Shown: positions 10,078 to 21,878, counted from the first letter of the whole stretch. The stretch: DNA of 63,993 nucleotides, filler included, from Catajapyx aquilonaris (GCA_000934665.2; 4 parts of 4 records of this genome joined end to end with filler, not necessarily neighbours in it), one strand, 5' to 3'. Made by a program: numbers and translations. The notes: generated by a model not told the origin, from the sequence alone.

Positions 10078-12173
10078 ATGGAAGTGGCTCAAGATTTGAC
10101 CCTGAGACGAGCGGTGTCGTCCAGCGTGAACGGCGGTGCTGGAAGGTCGCAGGTCAAGGATGAGCTGATGGACGGGGAGACAGTCGTGGTCATCCCGGAC
10201 GTTTCACACTATGTGGACGACCCATCAACGGTCGCAGGTCGCAGTAAGGTACGCCGTGCAGCTTGAAGATTTGTGGAGCGATATGCTGCTCTGTGTGCCG
10301 TAATAATTATTGTAATTGCAATGCTATTAATTGTATTGTCATAGTTGCACTTGTATTCATTATTGTAGTTGCGATTGTATTAATTGTAATATTGCAATAT
10401 ATGTGTTAATTATTGTAATTACAATTGTATTGTTGTAATATTGCAATATATGTATTAATTATTGTAATTCCAATTGTATTGTTGTAATATTGCAATTGTA
10501 TTAATTGTTGTAATTGCAATTGTATTGTTGTAATATTGCAATTGTATTAATTGTTGTAATTGCAATTGTATTGTTGTAATATTGCAATTGTATTAATTGT
10601 TGTAATTGCAATTGTATTGTTGTAATATTGCAATTGTATTAATTGTTGTAATTGCAAAAAAAATGAATCACTTTTTATAAGAAGGGAACAAGTGATTCTA
10701 TTGTTGTAATATTGCAATTGTATTGTTGTAATATTGCAATTGTATTGTTGTAATATTGCAATTGTATTAATTGTTGTAATATTGCAATTGTATTAATTAT
10801 TGTAATTGCAATTGTATTGTTGTAATATTGCAATTGTATTAATAGCTGTAATTGCAGGGATGGGACGATGGAGGACAGGCGAAGGAGGCGGACAGCAGCA
10901 TGGCGTCCAGTGCGTGGAAACCGCTTGCTTGCCAAGTGAACAAGGTGAGTTGGTACGGACATGTAGAATCGTATGTGACATTCGTACTCTGCAGATGGTT
11001 GGGGCAAGTCCGGCAAGTAAAACGATTGCTAACTGGAGCGATGAGGATACCGAAGCTCTTCTTGAAGTGTGGGGACGCAGGGAGACGCAAGATGCGCTTA
11101 AGAAGGCGGTGAGGAACCGGGGGGTGTTCGAGAAGATATCGAAGGAGCTGGCCCAAAACGGAGTGATCAAGTCGGGCGAGCAGTGCCGACACAAGGTTAA
11201 GAAGCTGATGTCAAAGTTCCATCAGGTCAAGAAGCACAACCAGACTTCTGGTAGCAAACGGATGAACTGGAAGTATCTGGAGGTGATGGACAGCGTCATT
11301 AGGGACAAAGAGAGCGAGAACACATCGCTGTTCGCTCCGTACCAAGAAGAAAATGCGGAAGCGCAGCAGGTCATAAGCAGCGATATGGTGACCGTTGAAT
11401 GTACGTCAGCCTGCAGATGAAATACGCAGACATTGACACGTTTCCGATTCCAGATCGAGATGATGAAGATGATGCGTGTCCGGTCATGCCATCCGCTCAA
11501 CTGGATCAGGAAAGTGACAGTACGTGTCAGCAGATCATACTTGCACCGCTTTAATAAAAGGTCGTTAAAACCATCACCTTTTTTAGATCCGGACGGCGAA
11601 GACGATGCCACCTGCCCCGCTTCCACAGCCGCTAACGAGCCAGGTCACGAGAGCGACAGTAAGTGAGCATCGCATGGATCATTACAGGAAAGTAACGGTA
11701 TTTTATCGTTGCAGATCCGGATTCAAGACCTGAGTCGTGGGCATCATCATCGAGCGCTTCACCGTCCAGCAGTGCAGCGTGTGACAAAGGTTTGCTTGTC
11801 TTTTGATGTTTTCGACCAAGGTTTGTTTGTTTGCACGTTGTCCATGGCAACTTCTAGTATGGATGTGATTTGCACAATGCTGCATGAATTTTGATTAGGC
11901 TGTCTGGTTGCAGGTGCGGCTCCTCCGAAGAGAGCGCACAATAAGCGGCGCAGGAGGAGTGTGGACGTGCTTGAGCGGTACAACTTGGCTGCTTCGAACG
12001 CCCTGAAGCAGATGCTGGAGGCGGATGAGAGGGCTCGGAGGGAGGAGCGGGAGGAGATGGAGGCCGCGAGGAGGCACGACCAGAAGATGATGGATGCGAT
12101 GCTGCAGGCCATGGCTCAGCAGGGGGCGCTCATGAACCGCTTCTTGGACATTTACGAGAAGAAAAACCGTTAA
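10078..12173 (+). CDS. Myb/SANT-like (trihelix, MSANTD-type) DNA-binding protein with C-terminal coiled coil (378 aa; exons 10078-10248, 10858-10944, 10995-11400, 11454-11519, 11587-11658, 11715-11789, 11914-12173)
   Basis: NWSDEDTEALLEVW...VRNRGVFEKISKELAQNGVIKSGEQCRHKVKKLMSKFHQVKKHNQTSGSKRMNWKYLEVMDSV is a Myb_DNA-bind_4-type domain. All junctions are GT-AG and phase-compatible (1137 nt). A probable non-coding leader exon ends at the GTGAGT donor at 9685. Confidence 0.8.
10285..10855. repeat. Intronic AT-rich minisatellite (~46-bp unit built of ATTGTAATTGCA/ATTGTATTGTTGTAAT subunits)
   Basis: Directly visible tandem repetition filling most of intron 10249-10857. Confidence 0.9.
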
Positions 12174-12479
12174 GAGCCACGTGTTGCCATGTTCTTAAGA
12201 TTAATACTGCCAATGCACCTGTTGGCATCTCAAGCAGTGTGCCAGGGAGCTAATAATTGATCTTATTCCGTACAAGTGCTCCCCCAGAATAAGTCGTGAA
12301 AGGTGTCTTGCAGTACCAACAGCTGAAAAGCCTTGTGTAAATATGACATGAATATTAAATAAATATCGTTTTGTACTGTAATTGTAAAATGCAGCGCACT
12401 CCTTTACTATCATTAACAAAAGTTGGCAACATCCAGTTTAATTTATTACACTGAGATTTATAAGTACAATGGGCAATAC

Positions 12480-14290
12480 GGTTACATTAGCAAAATAATA
12501 ACGAATAGCTGATAAAGAATAGCTAATAATTAATAACCGAATATGAGAAGCTGATAAGGAATGGCTTGTAAGTCATATAGCTATACTAGGGGCAAGATAT
12601 CTCATGCGTTTTGGGCGTGGCTTGTGTCCTTGCCAACCATCTATATAATTAGCCCCGCTCCCTCCGGAGTCTTTCGTATGGAGTTTAGAACGATACTGGT
12701 GGGGAAATATTTCCCCCTGTTGGGTTACCAATAATTGCGTAATATATTGTAAACAAACTCATCTCATTCGTGAGGTTTTTAGAACATAACTCCCAATCTC
12801 CCATCTCCTTTGAAATCGAATCCTGATTGGTTGACCTGTATGTAGGGGGCAGGGCTAATTAGGGTTGCCAAGGTCACATGCCCCCTCCCCAAACGAATGA
12901 GTTATCTTGCCCCTAGTATATAGCAAGATATATCTGGTAACAAGTAGCTAATAAAGAATAGCTAATAACGAATAACTGGTTACGAGTAGCTGATAAGGAA
13001 TGGTTTGGTAAGCCACAGCTAATAAACAGCTTGTAAAATAGCTAATAATGAATAGCTGGTAACAAGTAGCTAATAACGAATAACCAGTAACTGCTAAGGA
13101 ATGACTTAGTTACTAGTAGCTAATAAAGAATAGTCAATAAAAATAGCTGGTAATGAATAACTGGCAAATAGTAGCTAATAAGAAATATTTGGTAATATAG
13201 CTAATAAGAAATAGCTGGTAAATCGTATTTGTAAAGAATAGTTGATATAAGGAATAGCTAAGACGAACGAATAACTGGTTACAAGTAGCTGATGAGGAAT
13301 GGTTGGTAAGACGTAGCCTTGGACGTAGCTATAATAACGAATAACTAATAAGAAATAATTCGTACGTATAGTAGCCAATAAGAAATAACTGGTAAGTATA
13401 GTAGCTAATAAGAAATAACTGGTAAGTAGTAGCTAATAATGAATAGCTGGTAAGTATAGTAGCTAATAATGAATAGCTGGTAAGTATAGTAGCTAATAAT
13501 GAATAGCTGGTAAGTATAGTAGCTAATAATGAATAGCTGGTAACAAGTAGCTAATAAAGAATAGCTAATAACGAATAACTGGTTACGAGTAGCTGATAAG
13601 GAATGGTTTGGTAAGCCACAGCTAATAAACAGCTTGTAAAATAGCTAATAATGAATAGCTGGTAACAAGTAGCTAATAACGAATAACCAGTAACTGCTAA
13701 GGAATGACTTAGTTACTAGTAGCTAATAAAGAATAGTCAATAAAAATAGCTGGTATTGAATAACTGGCAAATAGTAGCTAATAAGAAATATTTGGTAATA
13801 TAGCTAATAAGAAATAGCTGGTAAATCGTATTTGTAAAGAATAGTTGATATCAGCAATAGCTAAGACGAACGAATAACTGGTTACGAGTAGCTGATGAGG
13901 AATGGTTGGTAAGACGTAGCCTTGGACGTAGCTATAATAACGAATAACTAATAAGAAATAATTCGTACGTATAGTAGTCAATAAGAAATAACTGGTAAGT
14001 AGTAGCTAATAATGAATAGCTGGTAAGTATAGTAGCTAATAATGAATAGCTGGTAAGTATAGTAGCTAATAATGAATAGCTGGTAAGTATAGTAGCTAAT
14101 AATTAATATCTGGTAAGTAGTAGCTAATAAGAAATAGCTGGTAACAAGTAGCTAATAACGAATAACTAGTAGCTAGCTAGCTGCTGGTAATGGATGGCTT
14201 AGTAACCAGTAGCTAATAACGGATAGCGATTAACAAATAGCAGATATCGAATAGCGTGCTACAGTAGCGGTTACTGGTAGCGGTTACTAA
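12480..14290. repeat. Complex satellite (TAGCTAATAA / GAATAGCTGGTAAG motifs, 30-bp sub-array, 603-bp higher-order duplication)
   Basis: The 30-mer GAATAGCTGGTAAGTATAGTAGCTAATAAT repeats at 13441-13530 and again near 14014-14100. The block starting at 12934 recurs at 13537. Confidence 0.9.
12586..12916. mobile_element. MITE (~331 bp) inserted in the satellite
   Basis: TIR CTAGGGGCAAGATA ... TATCTTGCCCCTAG with further imperfect inverted pairing inward. Flanked by TATA on both sides. Confidence 0.8.
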
Positions 14291-14382
14291 TCACGTCCAA
14301 TAGACAAGTGAGGGGCGATGGGCGTGGAGCACGCCAAATTTTGCGTAATCTCCGCCGATTTTTGCCGATTTCTCATCCAGCC

Positions 14383-15458
14383 ATGGCCTCCGACCCGTTG
14401 GAATCGTGTCCAGGGTGAGTCCAGGGAAGGGTCGAAATGTTGGCCGCATAGGCGAACACTCCAGGTCGAATGGGGAGGGCGGGCACGGAGGGACGAGAGG
14501 GGGAAACGGCCGTTGCATGATGAACATTGAGCTGGAAAAGATGGTTAGATGGTTTTAATTGCTTATTGGCAGGACCTTGCCGTCGGCAGTGGCCATCAAG
14601 GTAGAGGTGGAGGAGGAGGAGGAGGTCAGGCCCAGCACGGCAGAGAAGGAGCTGGCCTCGTGGGACGCGGCTCTGTCCAGCCTGGTTGTCGACAGCGGAA
14701 TAAGTCCTGCCGGAGAGGTGCCGAGGGAGGTGAAAGAGGAGCCGCTGGACGAGGAGGTCGCAGTGAACATGCTGACGAACACCGCTCGCTGCAAGGAGGA
14801 GGACCCCTTGGCCCTTTCAGGAGGAAAAGTACGTGGCAATGAATAATCAAACAACAATCATCGCCTTTCGATGCTATGGCAACCACAAAAAAAGCAAACC
14901 TCTTTTTACACACAGACAGACACAATCCTGGTCATCGACAAACAAACATCAAATTGCCCGCATGTAAACGCTGATTTATGCATGTAAGACAAGCACAAAT
15001 TCGGCTGCGACTCATTGCTCTAACGTCTCTTCCAGGTAGAAGCAAGTGATGCCAAAGGACATGTGAAGTCCCCGTGGAAGCCGGTCGTTTGCAAAGTGTG
15101 CCAGATGAAGTGCAGCAACGAGAGCGTATTGAGCCGCCACATGACCAAGCACGAGTACAGGGGAGAGAAGCCGTTCGGCTGCCAGTTGTGCGAGAAGAGG
15201 TTCACAAGCGAGTCGTCTTTGAGGTACCACATGATGGGACATACCGGCGAGGCCCCATACGTGTGCCGTGTGTGCAAGAAAAAGTTCTGCGTCCAGTCGC
15301 GTCTGTCTGCGCACGTAAGGATACATACCGGGGAGAGACCTTTCCGCTGCGATGTTTGCCCGAGAAGATTTGCTCACATGTCCACTTTAAAGAGTCACGC
15401 TTTGGTCCACGAGGAATTTGATCGGAGATGGGGGAAACGTCGCTGTCAGGTTACCTAA
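14383..15458 (+). CDS. C2H2 zinc-finger protein, 4 fingers, acidic N-terminal region (236 aa; exons 14383-14414, 14573-14828, 15036-15458)
   Basis: CKVC..H..H, CQLC..H..H, CRVC..H..H and CDVC..H..H with GEKPF, TGEAPY and TGERPF linkers. IKVE/VKEE motifs upstream. Phase-consistent GT-AG introns (711 nt). Confidence 0.85.
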
Positions 15459-16022
15459 TTGGACAAGGTGCACATAAATTATGTTTAACAACAGATTATT
15501 GAAAAATCGAAGGCAGCAATGCATTCGGTAAGTTTATTTTCATTTAAAAAAAACAACCTTCGAATCAAGGGGGGAAACCACTCAGATTATTTTTTTGACA
15601 TTTCCTAAGTTGTTAAAATGAAGTTTGAAAATAATGTATTGAAAATGATTTTTTGCAACGAATTGTGAACTTGCAATAATTGTTGTGATTTGTAAGCAAT
15701 GCCAGATATTCACATTTTGTAGTTGCACATTATTCGCTTGATGACATTTATATTTGCGCACTATTCAGTTGAATGTCTTCATGCAAAATCTAGGTAAATT
15801 TTGGCAGAATTGGACATGATAATTAACCCGCATTAGTTTTGTCTGATTTACCGCAATTACTACTAAAAATTATGCCAATTATCATGTGCAAATTTCTACC
15901 TTTTCAAAAGGCCGGACAAAATGCGAAAATGTGTTTACCTAGCTTTTGTATGAAATAATAATGGCCATTGATGCATATTGTGTATGAAAATGGTGATGTA
16001 CAATGCATAACGTTGCAGTTAT

Positions 16023-16122
16023 NNNNNNNNNNNNNNNNNNNNNNNNNNNNNNNNNNNNNNNNNNNNTTAATTAATTAANNNNNNNNNNNNNNNNNNNNNN
16101 NNNNNNNNNNNNNNNNNNNNNN
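16023..16122. other. Artificial contig spacer N44-TTAATTAATTAA-N44
   Basis: An identical 100-nt structure recurs at 32065 and 48101. The core gives stops in all six frames. Confidence 0.95.
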
Positions 16123-16191
16123 CCCCCCAAAAAAAAAAAAAAAAAAAACATTGCAGTGTCATGTCACATGAAATTATCGGTGTTGTTCTAG

Positions 16192-16495
16192 GCAAGATAC
16201 AGTCTTTCCATTCGGCGAAAAACCGACGGGCCAGGACCCCATATATCAACTTTTACATGAAAATTTATCCGGTAAGACCCTTAGCGTACGAATCCGGCTT
16301 ATATAATTATTTTAAAATTGCGTTTAATTCTTGAACATCCAGTGTCTTCTGTCGGAGTTTCCCGATAGCGAGGTGAGCGAATATGGGCGCATGGCCGGCG
16401 AGATTTGGCGTCAGATGACCGAAGCCGAAAAGAGCAAGTACGACCGTCGCAAAAAGAAGTCCAGCAGGAGTCGCAGGCGTCGCCGACGTCATTGA
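16192..16495 (+). CDS. Small single-HMG-box protein with Arg-rich protamine-like tail (exons 16192-16271 and 16343-16495; start either the in-frame ATG at 16161 or an upstream micro-exon outside this piece)
   Basis: Spliced translation GKIQSFHSAKNRRARTPYINFYMKIYP|CLLSEFPDSEVSEYGRMAGEIWRQMTEAEKSKYDRRKKKSSRSRRRRRRH*. Donor GTAAGA at 16272, acceptor ATCCAG at 16342, AATAAA near 16614. Not in the ORF track. Confidence 0.8.
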
Positions 16496-16921
16496 CTTCA
16501 CACCACAATTATTCCTGATGGGAATACTTTTATCCAAGCCCTATAAAGTAGAACACGGTTCAAAATATTGTAACATTTAAAATTGTCGTTCGGTGCTGTA
16601 TCCATGAGCCGACAATAAATTTTGTGGGCAACTGCCCCGTTGTTTATCATTGTTGTTGGAAGGGGAGGGGGTACGGCTTGTTAATTATAAAGTAGGCCTA
16701 CTCTGGGGAGGGCAGAGACCAATGATGCAGGACTGTATTTATCTATACACCTGCTACAATGGACCACTAAAACACAAAATAGCCGGTTTATTTTTTGCAA
16801 TTTTTCAAATCATTCATTTTTAAAAGGTCATTTTGAAAACGTCGTGAAACGGGGGCTACTGTATACCAACAGTTTCGGTTTTTCGGCTGCAGTTACGTTC
16901 CCTTTTAAAACCTCTTTTTAC

Positions 16922-18203
16922 CTCAGACGTGCACAGCTCAGCATCGAAATCTTGGCTCTGAGATGGGAATCGAGCAGCACATGGGAAGACGTGAGGTTCC
17001 CGTGAACAACAGGGGGCGTCTCACCGTGAAGAAAAGCCATTCCTTGAGCTACGTCTCGAGCTAACGCCAGAGACAAATGTAGCGGCAACGGGCCTCTGAA
17101 AAGAACCCAGCACACCGTTAACCTCATCTTTGTTTGGGAGCACCTAATTTGTACCTACTTCACAACTTGATGGATGTGGTGTGCCAAGCTGCCTCCTTCC
17201 AAGTGCTCCAGGACAAACAAGGGGCGAGAGGCGGACCACGTGATGCCCAGCATTTGTACTAGTCGAGGATGAGGTGGGGCCCGAACATGGCGGACCATTT
17301 TCCAAATATCATGTGTTTCCTGTAATACATATAAGCATAATATTAGATGGGACATATCTTTTACAGTTGTGGCATGTTTGCCAACTAGGGACACCCCTGC
17401 CAATGTTGCATTTGCATTTACATGAATATGGTTGCAAATTTTTTTATATAACAGATGGCGTTGCCTGATGTCGAGAGTCACCCTTTTGTTCTGGCGACTC
17501 CTAATGGAACGTTTGATTATAATCTGGCATTGATTTTTAAGCAAACAGGCGAGCCCACTGCCAGATGGTGCAAAGGCGGTGCCAAAATTCAATATGGGAG
17601 ACATGGCACCTTGCGGAGACGAAACTTGATTGCTTTCACAGCCACGTCGGTCCCAAGGAGAGATCCTCTGTAGACGGAACAGAAGGCTCCTTCCGACAAC
17701 ATCTGCTCGTAGTCCACTTTCAGGTTTCGAGGATCCACTTCCCACTCGCTTAGCGATGCCGATGGCAATCTGAATGAAAGATGAGTCTGTTTGCTTTCTC
17801 CTGGCGCCCTCTGACAGTGCATTCATGAACTCCAAGGAAAAAAAAACTTACTCGTACTTGCTCTTTCCTGCGGATTCCAGGGATGATTCGCTGCTCTTGT
17901 CGTTGTCTGCAGCTGACCTCTCGTCATTCGAAACGTTGGCACGTAGCTCGCGCAATAGGCGGTTGACCTGCGACACCTGACTACAAGCGCGACCCAGAAG
18001 ACGGCGACGGAGTTGAAGGCCCAGTTTGTCCATCTGCGTGAAATGTTGGACGTTACGTCATGCGTCTCAATCGATTCGACTCTGACTGTAGTGGCCACAT
18101 GCCTTGCCCTCCAGCTCGTTGATGATTTCTTTCGGCTTTCTTCCGCTGCCTTCCTCTCCTGGAACAGGGCTGCTCATCTCGGATGAAAGCGACAAGTTAA
18201 TTC
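16922..18203 (-). CDS. TKL-type protein kinase-like protein (probable pseudokinase), internal exons 18203-18103, 18033-17852, 17769-17610, 17319-17159, 17095-16922; partial
   Basis: WEVDPRNLKVDYEQMLSEGAFCSVYRGSLLGTDVAVKAIK (subdomains I-II), HPRLVQMLG...FVLEHLEGGSLAHHIH (IV-V), LALARDVAQGMAFLHGETPPVVHGNLTSSHVLLDSHLRAKIS (VI-VII). Junctions are phase-compatible. The last visible exon ends in a donor, so the gene continues beyond it. Confidence 0.8.
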
Positions 18204-19099
18204 CTGTTTTGTAGCCACGAACCAGCAGGGCAGGGTATGTCAGCGATGGGGATGTGTGACTAGGAGAAGTGCGCTTCAGTTCATCTGGGGTAGGGCACAA
18301 TAAATAAATAATGAGTACATGGATGCTAGAGCTAAATTGGATTTGGACGTGTGAAACTGGTTTCCCTTGTGGGCTGTCGCATATTGTCAGACATGACATG
18401 ACATGACATGACATGTTGACTATGATTTTTGATGCACACTACTATGTGGTTGAGGTTTATGCACTGCTATAAGATGAGAAGTTGAGAAGCGTCACGCGTC
18501 GGTGACATTAGTACCTTCGCAAATCAGTAAAACTAAACCTCAACAGCTCAAAATTTGAGATGTTGAGCTTCTTTTTGTTTTTGTTTTTCGCTTCGCCCCC
18601 CCCCCCCCCCCCCCNCCCCCCCCCCCACAGCACCCGAGGACATTACTATAGTATTGTTGTGTACTATAATGTTCTGTAATTGCAAAATATACCCCTCTGA
18701 TTCTGATATAACAGTAGCATAGGGAAATGTCGCAGACGAGCAAGGCAAGAAAATCCATTAAGTAGTTGTGGTCAACCCGTCGTCGGGTTGGTATTGTGGC
18801 CTGCGTCAGACCATTGTGGTTCTTACCCAGGCCCCAATACCCTCACAAACAACCAAACAATCCAAGAGCCATGTTGCGCTGACCTGATAGGGTCGGTCAG
18901 TGACGTGGTCTGTACTAGTAAAAGAACAGGTGCTGCATGTTGTTTCAGTATGCCAGGTGAGTGACAGTATAGTACAGCAGCATCGAAATACCAATTACCA
19001 ACATCTCTTTGGATTTTCCTGAGTGATATGAATAAGGCCAATACACATTACATTCCTAATAACACTAGGGAACAAAATTGAACTTTTTTTTTACACATG

Positions 19100-19410
19100 T
19101 GCATGTATGTGCTATTCCTATTGTATTTCTTACGCTGATTTCAAATATGTTAACGAATTTCTTCTATCACCCACAGTTTTTGAGTAATCAGCATTTTATG
19201 GTAGCAAAGAACTTCCTTCAATGTATAATTATTATGTAGCACTGGTCTACAAAATTGCTATTATTTAGGCGCATGTACTGTATATGAATGTGCAATTCCT
19301 ATAGTACTTTTTGTCCTGATTTCAAATCTGTTAACTATTTGATATAGCACCTATAGTTTTTGAGTAATTTGCATTTTTAGGGTAGCAAAAAACCTCTATT
19401 AATGTAGGCT
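19100..19410. repeat. Two diverged ~180-bp tandem units
   Basis: ATTCCTAT...CTGATTTCAAAT...AGTTTTTGAGTAAT...GGTAGCAAA occurs at ~19114 and ~19295. Confidence 0.6.
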
Positions 19411-19799
19411 AGAGTCATACACTTTGTCTGTGAAATAAATTTGTGAGTAAGTAATGACTAATATGGCTTGGTATGGATTAGTTACGATGCCCCCATTGTA
19501 GATATACCAAAATTCTCATATGGGATAATGTTTACAAAAAATATTCATAAGGTGACAATGAGCAATGTGCAGTAATATATATCTTATTTATTTTACCCCG
19601 TGATAGGCCTACATAGGCCCTGTTGGGGGGGGGGGGGGGGGGGAACCACCANNNNNNNNNNNNNNNNNNNNNNNNNNNNNNNNNNNNNNNNNNNNNNNNN
19701 NNNNNNNNNNNNNNNNNNNNNNNNNNNNNNNNNNNNNNNNNNNNNNNNNNNNNNNNNNNNNNNNNNNNNNNNNNNNNNNCCCCCCCCCCCCTGATCCGC

Positions 19800-19991
19800 A
19801 CCTCCTCCAGGGAAGGGAAAGGAAGGAAGCGGCTGTGGCCTATTTTACGGTACGATCCCGGAATTTTTCCTAGGCCGACCTTGGAAAACTACAGAAAACC
19901 AAGGTCAGGACCGCCGCCCTCCGGGACTCGAACCCAGGACCTCCCAATTAGCAGTCGGATACCACATCCACTCCACCACTACTGCTTCGGT
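19800..19991 (-). mobile_element. tRNA-headed SINE family A
   Basis: Reverse complement starts ACCGAAGCAGTAGTGGTGGAGTGG, contains the B-box GGTTCGAGTCC and the body AATAGGCCACAGCCGCTTCCTTCC shared with copies at 21879, 47136, 47382 and 58589. Confidence 0.8.
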
Positions 19992-19999
19992 GAAAACAA

Positions 20000-20470
20000 G
20001 GTATATGCTTGTTACAAGAAAATGGATGCCGATATTAAAATTCTGACTTCATATTCACAATTAGCGCCTACTAATACATGAGAAACACCAAAAATGGTGC
20101 CTTAAACAAACCACAATGTTCCCCCAATAAATTAATAATATTGAGCTATGCAAAGTATATAGGCATACTCTCGGGAGAGTAAGGCCTGTTGCAAGAAAAT
20201 GGATGCTGATAGAAACATTTTGACTTCAAATTCAAACTCAGCGCATACTGATACATAACAAAATGATAAAATGGCGCATATAACAAAACCATTGTTGACC
20301 ATATATTAGGAACATTGAGTAATGTGCAGTGTACTTTCCGCAAAATAAGGTATGGCTGTTACAAATAATGAAGGGTGGTGGACACTTTCTGACTTCATAT
20401 TCGGAATCAGCGCATATGAATGCATTAGAAACAGCTAAAATTGTTCATGTGCCAAAAACCTTGTTGACTA
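20000..20470. repeat. Three diverged ~175-bp tandem units
   Basis: GTTRCAAGAAAATGGATGC...TGACTTCAWATTC...AGCGC at ~20011, 20188 and 20358. Confidence 0.6.
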
Positions 20471-20803
20471 GTGTTATTATTCCAAACTCGACATGTCCCT
20501 GTAAATCTAAATACACAAATATAGTGCTGCAAATTATTACATTCCCGTGTAATATATTAGTCGCCTTAAAATTAGTTTTACCAAAACTTCCACAATTGGC
20601 AGACTGCAGACACCCTTAACTCACGTCGGCTGTTCAGAGATCAAGAAAAGCAGCATTTAATGCTGCACCTGGCCAGAAAGTGAACGCCCACAAAGTTCAA
20701 ACGAGACATCAACAGATAATAACCATTCGGAGTCAAACAAGTACCTTCAAACGGGGTGAACTGGTCCAAAATTTCCGCTTTACGAAGATGTAAGTGTGAA
20801 GAT

Positions 20804-21142
20804 TTTTTTTTTCATTACCCCACGGGGGGAGTTATGCTACTCCTTAGGGGGGGTGGGTTACCACCATTGTAATTTGATTTTTTGGAGCGAGTTTAAGAAG
20901 ATCTTAATTAGTGTACTCCAAGGGTGGGTGGGAGGGGATGTGAAAAGTGCAAGTGCAATGTCTCTAATCGTCATTTTGTGAACTCCCCCGGGTGGCTTAG
21001 TCTATCGGAAATTGCCACCCGAAACGAAGCCAGAGATGGCCCAACTCTGCACGAAAGAAGGTGGGAACCCCGGGTGGGGATTGAACCTGGGACCTTAACT
21101 TCCGTGGGCGCGCGCGTTACCGCGGCGCCACTCCGTCTCCCC
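20804..21142 (-). mobile_element. tRNA-headed SINE family B with 11-bp TSD
   Basis: Head GGGGAGACGGAGTGGCGCCGCGGTAAC...GGTTCAATCC (A and B boxes), poly-A tail, TSD AGTGTGAAGAT at 20793-20803 and 21143-21153. Confidence 0.85.
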
Positions 21143-21878
21143 AGTGTGAAGATATTAACCCACAACAGTGGAATTTTTTATTAGGTGTTCGACCACGCTG
21201 GCCAAAACTGCGAGTACAAAGAAAAATTTTCTATCCACAATGGTGCATATGAAAATTTATGACGTCAATATATTTTCCCATTACAAATGCACTGTGGGAA
21301 ACGAGTTCTGTTATGAATTTTTTAATGTGTTTTTAAGGAACGATGTTCATAAGCTGTAATACTGGAAAGGTTCACTTTCATCTCTTAAAAATGGGCAATA
21401 GTCCATACCCTGGCTTCTCAATTTCTTGATTTGCAAAATAAAGTTTGCACACTATGAAAATTGGGTGGTTTCATGGGGACTTTTGACATTTATTTCCTTG
21501 CTCACCTATGGCGACACAGGTGAATTTTTTGGTGTACAACATGGTAAGCGCTGCCGTAATGGCATGATGTGATTGAAAGTATCATTTTTATAACACGCGT
21601 TACCTTAAATATTCATTAGTGACATTTTTGGAATTGTGGCCAAGTTCACGCTGGCTGCCAACGTCACCGCGTTTGACGGTACGCTTATTAGCTGATGGCT
21701 GTGGCCTGTGGATGCCAAAGTCACAATTCCGAAGTTAGCTCTCGATTTCAAAATTTTTATCATAAAAATTGCGTATTCTTCAAAGTCCGCATTCAGCAAG
21801 GTCATTAACCACATGGAAAGTTTACTTTTTCTCATATAAGTGCTTATTTAGGTTTTGTTTTGAAATTAAGAGCCTCAG

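Noticed and set aside
13381..13540. Regular 27-30-bp repeats as a possible CRISPR array
   Set aside because: Units are head-to-tail with no unique spacers, there are no cas genes, and the context is eukaryotic.
16307..16537. 76-aa minus-strand ORF as the next kinase exon
   Set aside because: It has no kinase subdomain VIII-XI motifs and is the antisense shadow of the HMG exon.
17155..17835. 226-aa ORF as a single coding exon
   Set aside because: Only its last ~54 codons are kinase sequence; the rest is intron or an alternative frame of another exon.
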